DNA of 64,000 bases from Pseudonocardiales bacterium (GTDB lineage Bacteria; Actinomycetota; Actinomycetes; Mycobacteriales; QHCD01): the NCBI GenBank assembly GCA_003244255.1, contig QHCD01000006.1:18894-82893 (forward strand). The letters are read 5' to 3'. Numbering within the stretch: the stretch's first letter is position 1; each line of letters starts with the position of its first letter. This document shows positions 36,467-44,750 of this stretch, piece by piece. Position numbers and translations under genes: made by a program. The notes below the pieces were generated by a model that saw nothing but the letters and a program-made list of their open reading frames with translations, was not told where the DNA came from and searched no databases.

Positions 36467-37099
36467 ATGGCGCAGGCCGTGACGGCGCTGGCCGCGGCCT
36501 GCGGCGCGCTGGCCGGCTGCCACGGAGCGGCTCCGCCGGGTCGGGACGACACCCGCGTCGTCAACCCGCCGTCGGCGCCGCCAGCCACCACGCGGACGAC
36601 CACGCCGACAACCACGTCGCCGCCGAAACCGGCCAGCAGCCGCACCACCACCACCACCACCACCACCACCGCCGCCGCGACGGTCACCTCGCCGGTGCCG
36701 CCCACCCGCACGAGCGCCGCGTCCCCGGCACCGACGGTGAACACGCCGCTGGCTCGCTACGACGCCGCGGTCGCGCGCTGGCAGGCCGCGCGGTCGACCT
36801 TCATCCGAGCCGCAACGTCGGGTGTGTCCGACGTCGCGGCCGAACGACGATGGGCGAGCACGTTCCTCGCCGCGGAGCGCTCGTTCGCGAGGACCATGAC
36901 GCCGCCCGCATGGCCCGCAGCGAGTCGCGCGGTGATCGGCGGCCTGCTGCACGCCAGCGCCACCGAGCAGAGGCACCTGCTCGCCATGAGCCGGGCGCCT
37001 TCGCCGGGTGCGTTCACCGGCGAACTCGGCGGTTACAGCGTCGACACCGCGGCCGAGAACACCGCCGTGGGCGCTGTGCGCAAGACGCTCGGCGGCTGA
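36467..37099 (+). CDS. Hypothetical lipoprotein with a Thr/Pro-rich linker
   Basis: ATG 36467 within ORF 36281..37099. It has the lipobox ALAGC. The linker contains a T9 run encoded by (ACC)9, followed by a C-terminal helical domain. Confidence 0.55.
   Translation: MAQAVTALAAACGALAGCHGAAPPGRDDTRVVNPPSAPPATTRTTTPTTTSPPKPASSRTTTTTTTTTAAATVTSPVPPTRTSAASPAPTVNTPLARYDAAVARWQAARSTFIRAATSGVSDVAAERRWASTFLAAERSFARTMTPPAWPAASRAVIGGLLHASATEQRHLLAMSRAPSPGAFTGELGGYSVDTAAENTAVGAVRKTLGG
36644..36670 (+). repeat. (ACC)9 trinucleotide microsatellite, in frame (Thr9)
   Basis: Direct reading of 36644-36670. Confidence 0.95.
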
Positions 37100-37159
37100 C
37101 CGCACCGCCGGGGGATACCGCCGATACGGTGGGCGCCATGACCGATTCCCCTGGACGCC

Positions 37160-38011
37160 GTGCCCATGTGGTGGCTCGGAACCGACGGCGCCCTCGTGAC
37201 TGACGCCGGGCGGCAGCCCGGGCCGCCCGAGCGGTTTCGCGGTCCGGTGCTGCTGCGCCGCGAGCACGTCGAGCCCGGCACCACCGACCAGCGGCTGCTC
37301 GACAGCCGCGGCCCGGCCGAGTGGGTGCACACCGATCCCTGGCGGGTGCTGCGCATCCAGTCCGAGTTCGTCGAAGGGTTCGGCCTGCTCGCCGAACTGC
37401 CGCGCGCCGTCAGCGTCTTCGGCAGTGCGCGCACGCATCGCGACGACCCCGATTACGCGATGGGCATGCGTCTTGGCGCCGCACTGGCGGAGGCCGGCTT
37501 CGCGGTGATCACCGGCGGTGGCCCGGGCGCGATGGAGGCTGTCAACCGCGGCGCCCAGGAGGCTGGCGGCACCAGCGTCGGACTCGGCATCGAGTTGCCG
37601 TTCGAGCAGCGACTCAACGACTGGGTCGACGTCGGCCTGAACTTCCGGTACTTCTTCGCCCGCAAGACGATGTTCGTGAAGTACGCGCAGGCCTTCGTGA
37701 TCCTGCCCGGCGGGTTCGGCACGCTGGACGAGACCTTCGAGGCCCTGACGCTGGTGCAGACCGGCAAGGTCACCCGCTTCCCGGTGGTGCTGCTCGGCGT
37801 CGACTACTGGCGGGGACTGACCGACTGGTTGCGCAGCACGGTCCTCCCGGCGGGACGGGTCAGCCCGGCCAACCTCGAGCTGCTGTCGGTCACCGACGAC
37901 GTCGAGGAGGCGGTGCGGATCATCGTCGAGGCGGATGCCGCACACGAAGCGGAGCAGGCCGTCGACGTCGCCGGCGGTGCCGCGGAGCCGCCCGAGGCCG
38001 ACGGCCAGTAG
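37160..38011 (+). CDS. LOG-family (TIGR00730) nucleotide 5'-monophosphate phosphoribohydrolase, long form
   Basis: It has DPWRVLRIQSEFVEGF, GSAR, GGGPG.MEA.NRGA, and the PGGFGTLDE signature. Confidence 0.8.
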   Translation: MPMWWLGTDGALVTDAGRQPGPPERFRGPVLLRREHVEPGTTDQRLLDSRGPAEWVHTDPWRVLRIQSEFVEGFGLLAELPRAVSVFGSARTHRDDPDYAMGMRLGAALAEAGFAVITGGGPGAMEAVNRGAQEAGGTSVGLGIELPFEQRLNDWVDVGLNFRYFFARKTMFVKYAQAFVILPGGFGTLDETFEALTLVQTGKVTRFPVVLLGVDYWRGLTDWLRSTVLPAGRVSPANLELLSVTDDVEEAVRIIVEADAAHEAEQAVDVAGGAAEPPEADGQ

Positions 38012-38013
38012 CG

Positions 38014-38550
38014 GTGGCCCGGATCTGTGTCTACTGCGCGTCGTCGAACCGGGTGGCCGAGCGGTACCTCACTCTCGCCTCGCAGGTCGGCGCCGAGCTC
38101 GCGCGCCGAGGCCACGCGCTGGTGACCGGTGGCGGCCGGGTGTCGATGATGGGTGCCGTGGCGAGCGCCGCGCGAGCGGGCGGAGCACACACGGTCGGCA
38201 TCATCCCGCGGGCGCTCGTCGACCGCGAGATCGCCGATATAGGCGCCGACGACCTGGTCGTCGTGGACACGATGCGCGAGCGCAAGGCGCAGATGGAGAG
38301 CCGTGCCGATGCCTTCCTGACCCTGCCCGGCGGCATCGGCACGATGGAGGAGCTGTTCGAGATCTGGACGGCGAAGACGCTGCGGTTGCACGACAAGCCG
38401 GTCGTCGTTCTCGATCACGAGGGCTTCTTTCATCCACTGTGGACATTCGTCGAAGGCCTGGTGGACACCAGGTTCATGCGCAACGCAGCCTACGAGGCGC
38501 TGACGATTGTCGACTCCGTCGGCGCGGCACTGGACGCCGTCGAGGCCTGA
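38014..38550 (+). CDS. LOG-family (TIGR00730) protein, short form
   Basis: GTG 38014, 3 nt after the upstream stop. It has ICVYCASS, VTGGG..S.MGAV and the PGGIGTMEE signature. Confidence 0.8.
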   Translation: MARICVYCASSNRVAERYLTLASQVGAELARRGHALVTGGGRVSMMGAVASAARAGGAHTVGIIPRALVDREIADIGADDLVVVDTMRERKAQMESRADAFLTLPGGIGTMEELFEIWTAKTLRLHDKPVVVLDHEGFFHPLWTFVEGLVDTRFMRNAAYEALTIVDSVGAALDAVEA

Positions 38551-38568
38551 CGCCGGGCATCCGCCCGT

Positions 38569-39432
38569 TCAGCCGAGCCCGCGGCGCGCAACCGCCGGCG
38601 GCCGGTCACCCCGGATCGACGCGACCGTGTCGAGCACCCGACGGGTCGCGACGACGTCGTGTGCGCGGAAGACCCGCGCGCCGAGCCACGCCTCGACGGC
38701 CGTCGCCGCGAGCGTGCCCTCGAGCCGGTCGGTCGCCGGCAGGCCGAGTGTCTCGCCGATGAAATCCTTGCGCGACAGGGCAACCAGCACCGGCCAGCCG
38801 GTCGCGGTCAGGCGCTCCAGCTCGCGGGTGATCCGCAGCGACTGCGCCGTCGTCTTGCCGAAGTCGTGCCCGGGATCGATCAGGATCGATTCCGGCGCGA
38901 CGCCGAGCGACACCGCGCGCTCGGCCAGGCCGACCACCGTGGTCACCACGTCGCCGGTGACGTCGTCGTAGTAGGGATGGTCCGGGTCGGTGCGCGGTGC
39001 CAACCCACCGGCATGCGTGCACACGAGCCCGATACCCGCCTCGGCGGCGGCCTGTGCGAGGTCGGGATCGTATCCGCCCCAGGCGTCGTTGAGCAGGTCC
39101 GCTCCGGCCTCGGCCACCGCACGGCCGACCTCGGCGCGCCACGTATCGACGCTGAGCACGACGTCGGAATGACGCCGTCGCACGGCAGCCACGACATCGA
39201 CGGTGCGCCGGATCTCCTCCTCGACGTCGACCTCCGGCCCGGCACCGGCCCGCACGCCGCCGATGTCGACGATTGCCGCGCCGTCCGCGACGGCCCGGTC
39301 GACGGCGGCGACGGCGGCGTCGAGTTCGAACGTGCGTGCGCCGTCGTAGAAGGAATCCCGGGTGCGGTTGACGATCGCCATCACCAGCAGTTCGTCGTCG
39401 CCGAACACCTTCGTGCCCAGGCGCAACGGCAT
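38569..39432 (-). CDS. folP: Dihydropteroate synthase (FolP2-like paralog)
   Basis: 287 aa, with LVMAIVNRTRDSFYDG, IVDIGG, DTW, LNDAWGG, DPG.DFGKT and SRKDF blocks of the pterin-binding domain. Confidence 0.88.
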   Translation of the reverse strand: MPLRLGTKVFGDDELLVMAIVNRTRDSFYDGARTFELDAAVAAVDRAVADGAAIVDIGGVRAGAGPEVDVEEEIRRTVDVVAAVRRRHSDVVLSVDTWRAEVGRAVAEAGADLLNDAWGGYDPDLAQAAAEAGIGLVCTHAGGLAPRTDPDHPYYDDVTGDVVTTVVGLAERAVSLGVAPESILIDPGHDFGKTTAQSLRITRELERLTATGWPVLVALSRKDFIGETLGLPATDRLEGTLAATAVEAWLGARVFRAHDVVATRRVLDTVASIRGDRPPAVARRGLG

Positions 39433-39521
39433 CTCGGATCCCTCCTCGTGGCCCGGCCGATGTGCTGCGGCCCGGCTTGCTCGGTTGCCCGACCGGACCG
39501 GGCCCGTGACACGATCCTCTC

Positions 39522-39929
39522 GTGCTGACGTTCTTCATCTACGCGCTCACGATTGTCGTGGCGGGCGGCGTGCTGTTCCTGATCGGTGCCTTCGCGTTCG
39601 GCCGCGGCGAGGAGATGGCCGCAGCGCCGGCCGACCGGTCGCCGGTGTGGCTGCCGAGCGGACGGCCGATCGTCGCCGGCGACGTGCACGGTCTGGTGCT
39701 GCCGGTCTGCGTGCGTGGCTACCGGATGAGCGACGTCGACTGGGTGCTCGACCGGCTGGCCGAGACGATCGAGGAGCGCGAGCACGAGATTGCCCGGCTG
39801 CGTGGCGAGGAGCCGGCCGAGACCGTCTCGCTGGCTGCTGCCGAACCTGGCCCGGCGGATCCGCAGGCCGAGCTCGGCGCCGACGCGCCGCCCGCCGATC
39901 CGCAGGCCGAGCGGGGCGGCGGGGTCTAG
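39522..39929 (+). CDS. DivIVA-domain membrane protein
   Basis: It has an N-terminal TM helix FFIYALTIVVAGGVLFLIGAFAF, then VRGYRMSDVDWVLDRLAETIEEREHEIARLRG (DivIVA N-terminal motif). Confidence 0.6.
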   Translation: MLTFFIYALTIVVAGGVLFLIGAFAFGRGEEMAAAPADRSPVWLPSGRPIVAGDVHGLVLPVCVRGYRMSDVDWVLDRLAETIEEREHEIARLRGEEPAETVSLAAAEPGPADPQAELGADAPPADPQAERGGGV

Positions 39930-40382
39930 GTGCCGAACCTGACCGTGGACGTGCGCGTGGACGCGCCACCCGAGCGGGTCTGGCGGGCGCTCACCGACTG
40001 GCGCCGGCAGGGCGAATGGATGCTCGCCACCACGGTCGCGCCTTTGGACGGCGATGCGCAAGAGGTCGGTGGGCAGCTGCGCGCCCTCACCGGCCTGCGC
40101 GCGTTCGGCCTGCAGATAGGAATCGTCGATACCATGCGGATCACCGCCTGGGAGCCGCCGCACCGGTGCACGGTGCGGCACACCGGGCGGGTCATTCGTG
40201 GCACCGCGGAGTTCAGCGTCGCCCGGTTCGCCTGCGGCGCGAGGGTCAGCTGGACCGAGTCGGTCGACGTTCCCGGCGGACGGGTCGGACTGGCCGCCTG
40301 GACGGCGATCCGGCCGGCCGTCCGGGCCGGCATCGCCTGCTCGCTGCGCCGGTTCGCCGACTTCGCAAGAGCCCATCCGTGA
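39930..40382 (+). CDS. SRPBCC-family protein (polyketide cyclase/dehydrase-like)
   Basis: 150 aa, with V.VDAPPERVWRALTDW.RQGEWM typical of the SRPBCC N terminus. The start is immediately after the upstream stop. Confidence 0.65.
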   Translation: MPNLTVDVRVDAPPERVWRALTDWRRQGEWMLATTVAPLDGDAQEVGGQLRALTGLRAFGLQIGIVDTMRITAWEPPHRCTVRHTGRVIRGTAEFSVARFACGARVSWTESVDVPGGRVGLAAWTAIRPAVRAGIACSLRRFADFARAHP

Positions 40383-40993
40383 CCGGTCCGAGGGTCGGTG
40401 CGGACGGCCGCCGCCGGTGCCCATGGGGAAACGCCACGGCGGACTACGCGGCCTACCACGACGACGAATGGGGCCGGCCGCTGCGCGGCGACGACGCGCT
40501 GTTCGAACGGATGTGCCTGGAGGCGTTCCAGTCCGGCCTGTCGTGGATCACGATCCTGCGCAAGCGCCCCGCATTCCGCGCTGCGTTCGCTGGCTTCTCG
40601 ATCACCGCCGTCGCGGCGTTCGGCCCCGCCGACGAGACCCGGCTGCTCGCCGACGCCGGCATCGTCCGCAACCGCGCGAAGGTGGCCGCCACGATCGCGA
40701 ACGCGCGCATCGCGGCGGAGTTGCCCGACGGGCTCTCGGTGTTGCTGTGGTCGTTCGCGCCGGCCGGCCGGCGGCGCCGTCCTCGGAGCACGGCCGACAT
40801 CCCCACGGACAGCTTGGAGTCGAGGGCGATGAACCGCGACCTGCGCCGCCGCGGCTTCAGCTTCGTCGGCCCGACGACGGCGTACGCGCTCATGCAGGCC
40901 ACGGGCATGGTCGACGATCACCTGGCCGGGTGCTGGCGCGCCCGCAAGAGCCCGGAACTCCTACCCATGCTCCCCGGGGTCAGCGGCCGGTGA
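40379..40993 (+). CDS. tag: DNA-3-methyladenine glycosylase I
   Basis: GTG 40379 (GTGA overlap with the upstream gene). It has RCPWG....Y..YHDDEWG.P..DD..LFE...LE.FQSGLSW and VGPTT.YA.MQA.G.V.DH. Confidence 0.85.
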   Translation: MTGPRVGADGRRRCPWGNATADYAAYHDDEWGRPLRGDDALFERMCLEAFQSGLSWITILRKRPAFRAAFAGFSITAVAAFGPADETRLLADAGIVRNRAKVAATIANARIAAELPDGLSVLLWSFAPAGRRRRPRSTADIPTDSLESRAMNRDLRRRGFSFVGPTTAYALMQATGMVDDHLAGCWRARKSPELLPMLPGVSGR

Positions 40994-41768
40994 AGCTGGG
41001 CTTCTGCTTTCGCAGGAACGCCGCGACGGCGTTGCGGTGGTCCTCGGTATGGCCGGCCCGCGCCTGCAGCTCCGCCTCCTTGGCCAGCGCCTGGCCGAGC
41101 GTGCTGGTCGCGGCGTATCCGAGCGAGGACTTGATCGCGGCGTAGGCAGCCGTCGGGCCGGCCGCGAGCTTGACCGCAAGGCCCAACGCGGTGTCGAGCA
41201 CCCGCTTGTCCTGGACGACGGCGTTGGCCAGGCCCATCTCCATCGCCTGATCGGCGGGCACCGGCTCGGCGAGCAGGCACATCGCGGTTGCTCGCGCGTG
41301 CCCGATCAGTCGCGGTAGCAGCCACGAGGATCCGGAATCGAGGGTGAGCCCGATGTTGGCGAAGGCCATCAGGAACGACGCGCTCTCGGCGGCGACGCGC
41401 AGGTCCGCCGCGAAGGCGAACGACGCGCCCGCACCGGCGGCCATCCCGTTGACCGCGGCGATCACGGGCACGCGCAGGCCGACGATCGCAGCCACGATCG
41501 GGTTGTAGTCCCCGGCGACCGTGCGCAGCGGATGCGGGTCGCCGGCATCGAGCCGGTCGGCGTGCTCGCGCAGATCCTGTCCCGCACAGAACGCCTTGCC
41601 CGCACCGGTCAGCACGACGGCGCGGATCGAGTCGTCGGCGGCGACGTTGCGCAGGGTGGCAAGCAGCGTCGCCTTCAGTTCCTGGTTACACGCGTTGAGC
41701 TGCTCCGGCCGGTTCAGCGTGATGATCCCGACGCCCTGGCCGATGTCGAGCAACACCGTGTCGGACAT
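40980..41768 (-). CDS. Enoyl-CoA hydratase/isomerase family protein
   Basis: 262 aa, with the crotonase fold: ITLNRPEQLNA, LTGAGKAFCAGQDL, IAAVNG.AAGAG. Confidence 0.85.
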   Translation of the reverse strand: MSDTVLLDIGQGVGIITLNRPEQLNACNQELKATLLATLRNVAADDSIRAVVLTGAGKAFCAGQDLREHADRLDAGDPHPLRTVAGDYNPIVAAIVGLRVPVIAAVNGMAAGAGASFAFAADLRVAAESASFLMAFANIGLTLDSGSSWLLPRLIGHARATAMCLLAEPVPADQAMEMGLANAVVQDKRVLDTALGLAVKLAAGPTAAYAAIKSSLGYAATSTLGQALAKEAELQARAGHTEDHRNAVAAFLRKQKPSFTGR

Positions 41769-42038
41769 GTCGGCTCCTCACCGCTGGTGACAATGCGCGC
41801 CGGATCGCGCTCACCCTATCCAGCGGCGATCCGGACCAGCTCGAGGCGGCGGCGCCGGGACGTGTCCGGTTCGCCGGTTGTGCCGGACTTTCGCAACGGT
41901 CGCGCGATAGGGGAGAATAAGCCCAGCGTGCCCGGCATAGAGCGATCGCTTGCCGGCGCCGGTGCGGTCGGGTTCGTTGCGACGCGCCAGATAGGTCGTG
42001 CTCAGGGCGGCAACACCGCCCGCTCGGAGGAGGCATCT

Positions 42039-42206
42039 ATGGCGGCCATGAAGCCGCGTACCGGCGACGGTCCGCTCGAGGTCACGAAAGAAGGGCGCGG
42101 CATCGTCATGCGCGTTCCGCTCGAGGGCGGTGGACGGCTCGTCGTCGAGATGTCCCCGGTCGAGGCCGCGGCGCTCAGCGAAGCGTTGAAGACCGCCGCT
42201 GGCTGA
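42039..42206 (+). CDS. DUF3117-domain small protein (Rv1211-like)
   Basis: ATG 42039 with GGAGGAGG upstream. The sequence is MAAMKPRTGDGPLEVTKEGRGIVMRVPLEGGGRLVVEMSPVEAAALSEALK, which I recall as highly conserved among actinobacteria. Confidence 0.65.
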   Translation: MAAMKPRTGDGPLEVTKEGRGIVMRVPLEGGGRLVVEMSPVEAAALSEALKTAAG

Positions 42207-42305
42207 GTTCTTCAAGCCTCACCGGCCCCGGGGACGCCCGCGTGCAGCGGCCGCCCGGGGCCGGCGCACGTTCGGAGCGCATAGGTGCACTGATCACGAT
42301 CGCGG

Positions 42306-43484
42306 TCATCCGAACCGGCAGCGGGCGCGGGCGACGGCGCGGTAGATCGCGACCGTTCGCTCTGCCGCGGCGGTCCACGAGAACTCCCGCTCGGCGCGGG
42401 TCCGCCCGGCCGCGCCCATCCGCGTGGCCCGCCCGGGGTCACCGATCAGCTGGCCGATGGCGCCGGCGAGCCGCTGCTCGAATCCGCGCGGGTCGCGAGC
42501 GTCGTACCGCGCCAGCAGTCCGGTGACGCCGTCGTCGACGACCTCGGGGATCCCTCCGACGTCGCTCGCGACAACCGCGGTGGAGCAGGCCATCGCCTCG
42601 AGGTTGACGATCCCCAGCGGTTCATAGATCGACGGGCAGCAGAACACGGTCGCGCGCGAGAGCAGCTCGACGACGTCGGGCCGATCGAGCATCTCCCGGA
42701 TCCACACCACGCCGTCGCGGCGGCGGCGGAGTTCGGCCACCGCCGTCTCGATCTCCGCGGCGATGTCGGCGGTGTCCGGCGCGCCGGCGCAGAGCACGAC
42801 CTGCACGCCAGCGTCGACGTCGGCGGCCGCGTGCAACAGGTGGATCAGACCCTTCTGCCGGGTGATCCGGCCGACGAACACGACGTATGGCCGGTTGGGA
42901 TCGACGCCGTGGGAGCGGAGCACCTCGGTCGTCTGCACCGGCCGATACACCGCGGGATCGATCCCGTTGTGCACCACGTGCACCCGCGCCGGGTCGACCA
43001 ACGGGTAGCTGCCGAGCAGGTCGGCTCGCATGCCGGCGCTGACGGCGATGAGTGCGTCGGCGGACTCGTAGGCCGTTCGTTCGACCCAGGCCGAGAGCCG
43101 GTAGCCGCCGCCGAGCTGTTCGGCCTTCCACGGCCGCCGCGGCTCCAGCGAATGCGCGGTGATCACGTGCGGGATGCCGTAGAGCATCGCGGCGAGATGT
43201 CCCGCCAGGTTGGCGTACCAGGTGTGCGAGTGCACGATGTCGCACCCGGCCAGCCGCGCCGCTATCTGGAGGTCGACGCCGAGAACCGCCAACGCGGGGT
43301 TCGCCTGCGCCAGGTGTGCGTCGGTGCCGTAGGCGATCGCGCCCGCTCGATCGGCGCCGAAGCAGTGCACGTCGGCCTGCAGGTCAGCGCGCCGGCGGAG
43401 CTCGGCAACAAGGTGTTCCACGTGCACGCCGGCGCCGCCGTAGACCTCGGGCGGGAATTCGCGCGTGATCACGCCGATCCGCAT
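42306..43484 (-). CDS. glgA: GT4 glycogen synthase-like glucosyltransferase (GlgA/GlgM, Rv1212c-like)
   Basis: 392 aa, with MRIGVITREFPPEVYGGAGVHVEHL and E..G.V.LEAMA (GT4 EX7E region). It is divergent from glgC. Confidence 0.88.
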   Translation of the reverse strand: MRIGVITREFPPEVYGGAGVHVEHLVAELRRRADLQADVHCFGADRAGAIAYGTDAHLAQANPALAVLGVDLQIAARLAGCDIVHSHTWYANLAGHLAAMLYGIPHVITAHSLEPRRPWKAEQLGGGYRLSAWVERTAYESADALIAVSAGMRADLLGSYPLVDPARVHVVHNGIDPAVYRPVQTTEVLRSHGVDPNRPYVVFVGRITRQKGLIHLLHAAADVDAGVQVVLCAGAPDTADIAAEIETAVAELRRRRDGVVWIREMLDRPDVVELLSRATVFCCPSIYEPLGIVNLEAMACSTAVVASDVGGIPEVVDDGVTGLLARYDARDPRGFEQRLAGAIGQLIGDPGRATRMGAAGRTRAEREFSWTAAAERTVAIYRAVARARCRFG

Positions 43485-43525
43485 GCGTTCAACCCTAGGA
43501 CGCGCCGTCGCTATATGGTCATCTC

Positions 43526-44746
43526 ATGCGCAGCCGGCCGCGCGTGCTCGGGATCGTCCTTGCTGGCGGCGAGGGCAAGCGGCTCTGGCCGCTCACCGCG
43601 GATCGCGCCAAGCCGGCCGTACCCTTCGCCGGCAACTACCGGCTCGTCGATTTCGCGCTGTCGAATCTGGTCAACGCCGGTTTCCTGCGATTGTGCGTCC
43701 TGACCCAGTACAAGTCGCACTCGCTCGACCGGCACATCACCACGACCTGGCACATGTCCACCGAGCTCGGCAACTACATCACGCCGGTTCCCGCTCAGCA
43801 GCGCCTCGGCCCGCGCTGGTTCACCGGGAGCGCCGACGCGATCTACCAGAGCCTGAACCTGGTCTACGACGACGAGCCCGATCACATCGTCGTCTTCGGT
43901 GCGGACCACGTGTACCGCATGGACCCCTCGCAGCTGGTGGAGCAGCACATCTCCTCCGGTGCCGGCGTCACGGTTGCGGGTATCCGGGTGCCCCGATCTG
44001 AGGCTTCGGCGTTCGGCGTGATCGACGCCGACGCCGACGGCCACATCCGGGAGTTCCTGGAGAAGCCCGACGATCCGCCGGCGCTGCCCGGCTCTGCGGA
44101 TGAGACGTTCGCCTCGATGGGCAACTACGTCTTCGAGACCTCGGCCCTCATCGACGCGTTACGCAGCGACGCCGCCGACGAGTCGTCGGTGCACGACATG
44201 GGTGGGTCCATCGTGCCGATGCTGGTGGAGGAGAAGGCCGCCTGCGTCTACGACTTCGCCGAGAATGACGTGCCGGGCGCCACCGAACGCGATCGCGGGT
44301 ACTGGCGCGACGTCGGGACGCTCGATGCCTATTACGACGCGCACATCGACCTGGTGGCCGTGCACCCGATCTTCAACCTCTACAACCGCGAGTGGCCGAT
44401 CTTCACCCTGCATCCGCAGCTGCCGCCGGCGAAGTTCGTCGAGGGCGGATTCGCGCAGGAGTCGATCGTGAGCGACGGCGTCATCGTGTCGAACTCGACG
44501 GTGCGCGAGTCGATCCTCTCGCCGGGAGTCCGGGTATACGCCGGCGCCTACGTCGAAGGCTGTGTGTTGCTGGACAACGTCTCGATCGGCCGCGGCGCGG
44601 TGGTGCGCCGCGCGATCCTGGACAAGAACGTGGTAGTGCCCGACGGCGCGCACATCGGCGTCACACCCGACCTCGACCGGGCGCGCTACCAGGTGAGCGC
44701 GGCCGGAATCGTGGTGCTCGGCAAGGGCCAGCAGGCCGTCGTCTGA
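43526..44746 (+). CDS. glgC: Glucose-1-phosphate adenylyltransferase
   Basis: [48 protein letters not shown] and a C-terminal hexapeptide region. Confidence 0.93.
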   Translation: MRSRPRVLGIVLAGGEGKRLWPLTADRAKPAVPFAGNYRLVDFALSNLVNAGFLRLCVLTQYKSHSLDRHITTTWHMSTELGNYITPVPAQQRLGPRWFTGSADAIYQSLNLVYDDEPDHIVVFGADHVYRMDPSQLVEQHISSGAGVTVAGIRVPRSEASAFGVIDADADGHIREFLEKPDDPPALPGSADETFASMGNYVFETSALIDALRSDAADESSVHDMGGSIVPMLVEEKAACVYDFAENDVPGATERDRGYWRDVGTLDAYYDAHIDLVAVHPIFNLYNREWPIFTLHPQLPPAKFVEGGFAQESIVSDGVIVSNSTVRESILSPGVRVYAGAYVEGCVLLDNVSIGRGAVVRRAILDKNVVVPDGAHIGVTPDLDRARYQVSAAGIVVLGKGQQAVV

Positions 44747-44750
44747 CCTC

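Noticed and set aside
38569-39521. Apparent absence of gpgS between folP2 and the DivIVA-like gene, and inverted folP orientation, relative to my memory of M. tuberculosis Rv1207-Rv1209
   Set aside because: This depends entirely on recalled synteny of a different genus. It cannot be evaluated without an alignment.
40980-40993. 14-nt convergent overlap of the tag and enoyl-CoA hydratase 3' ends
   Set aside because: Short convergent overlaps are common in compact high-GC genomes. The tag C-terminal tail (KSPELLPMLPGVSGR) looks like unconserved read-through. There is no evidence of function.
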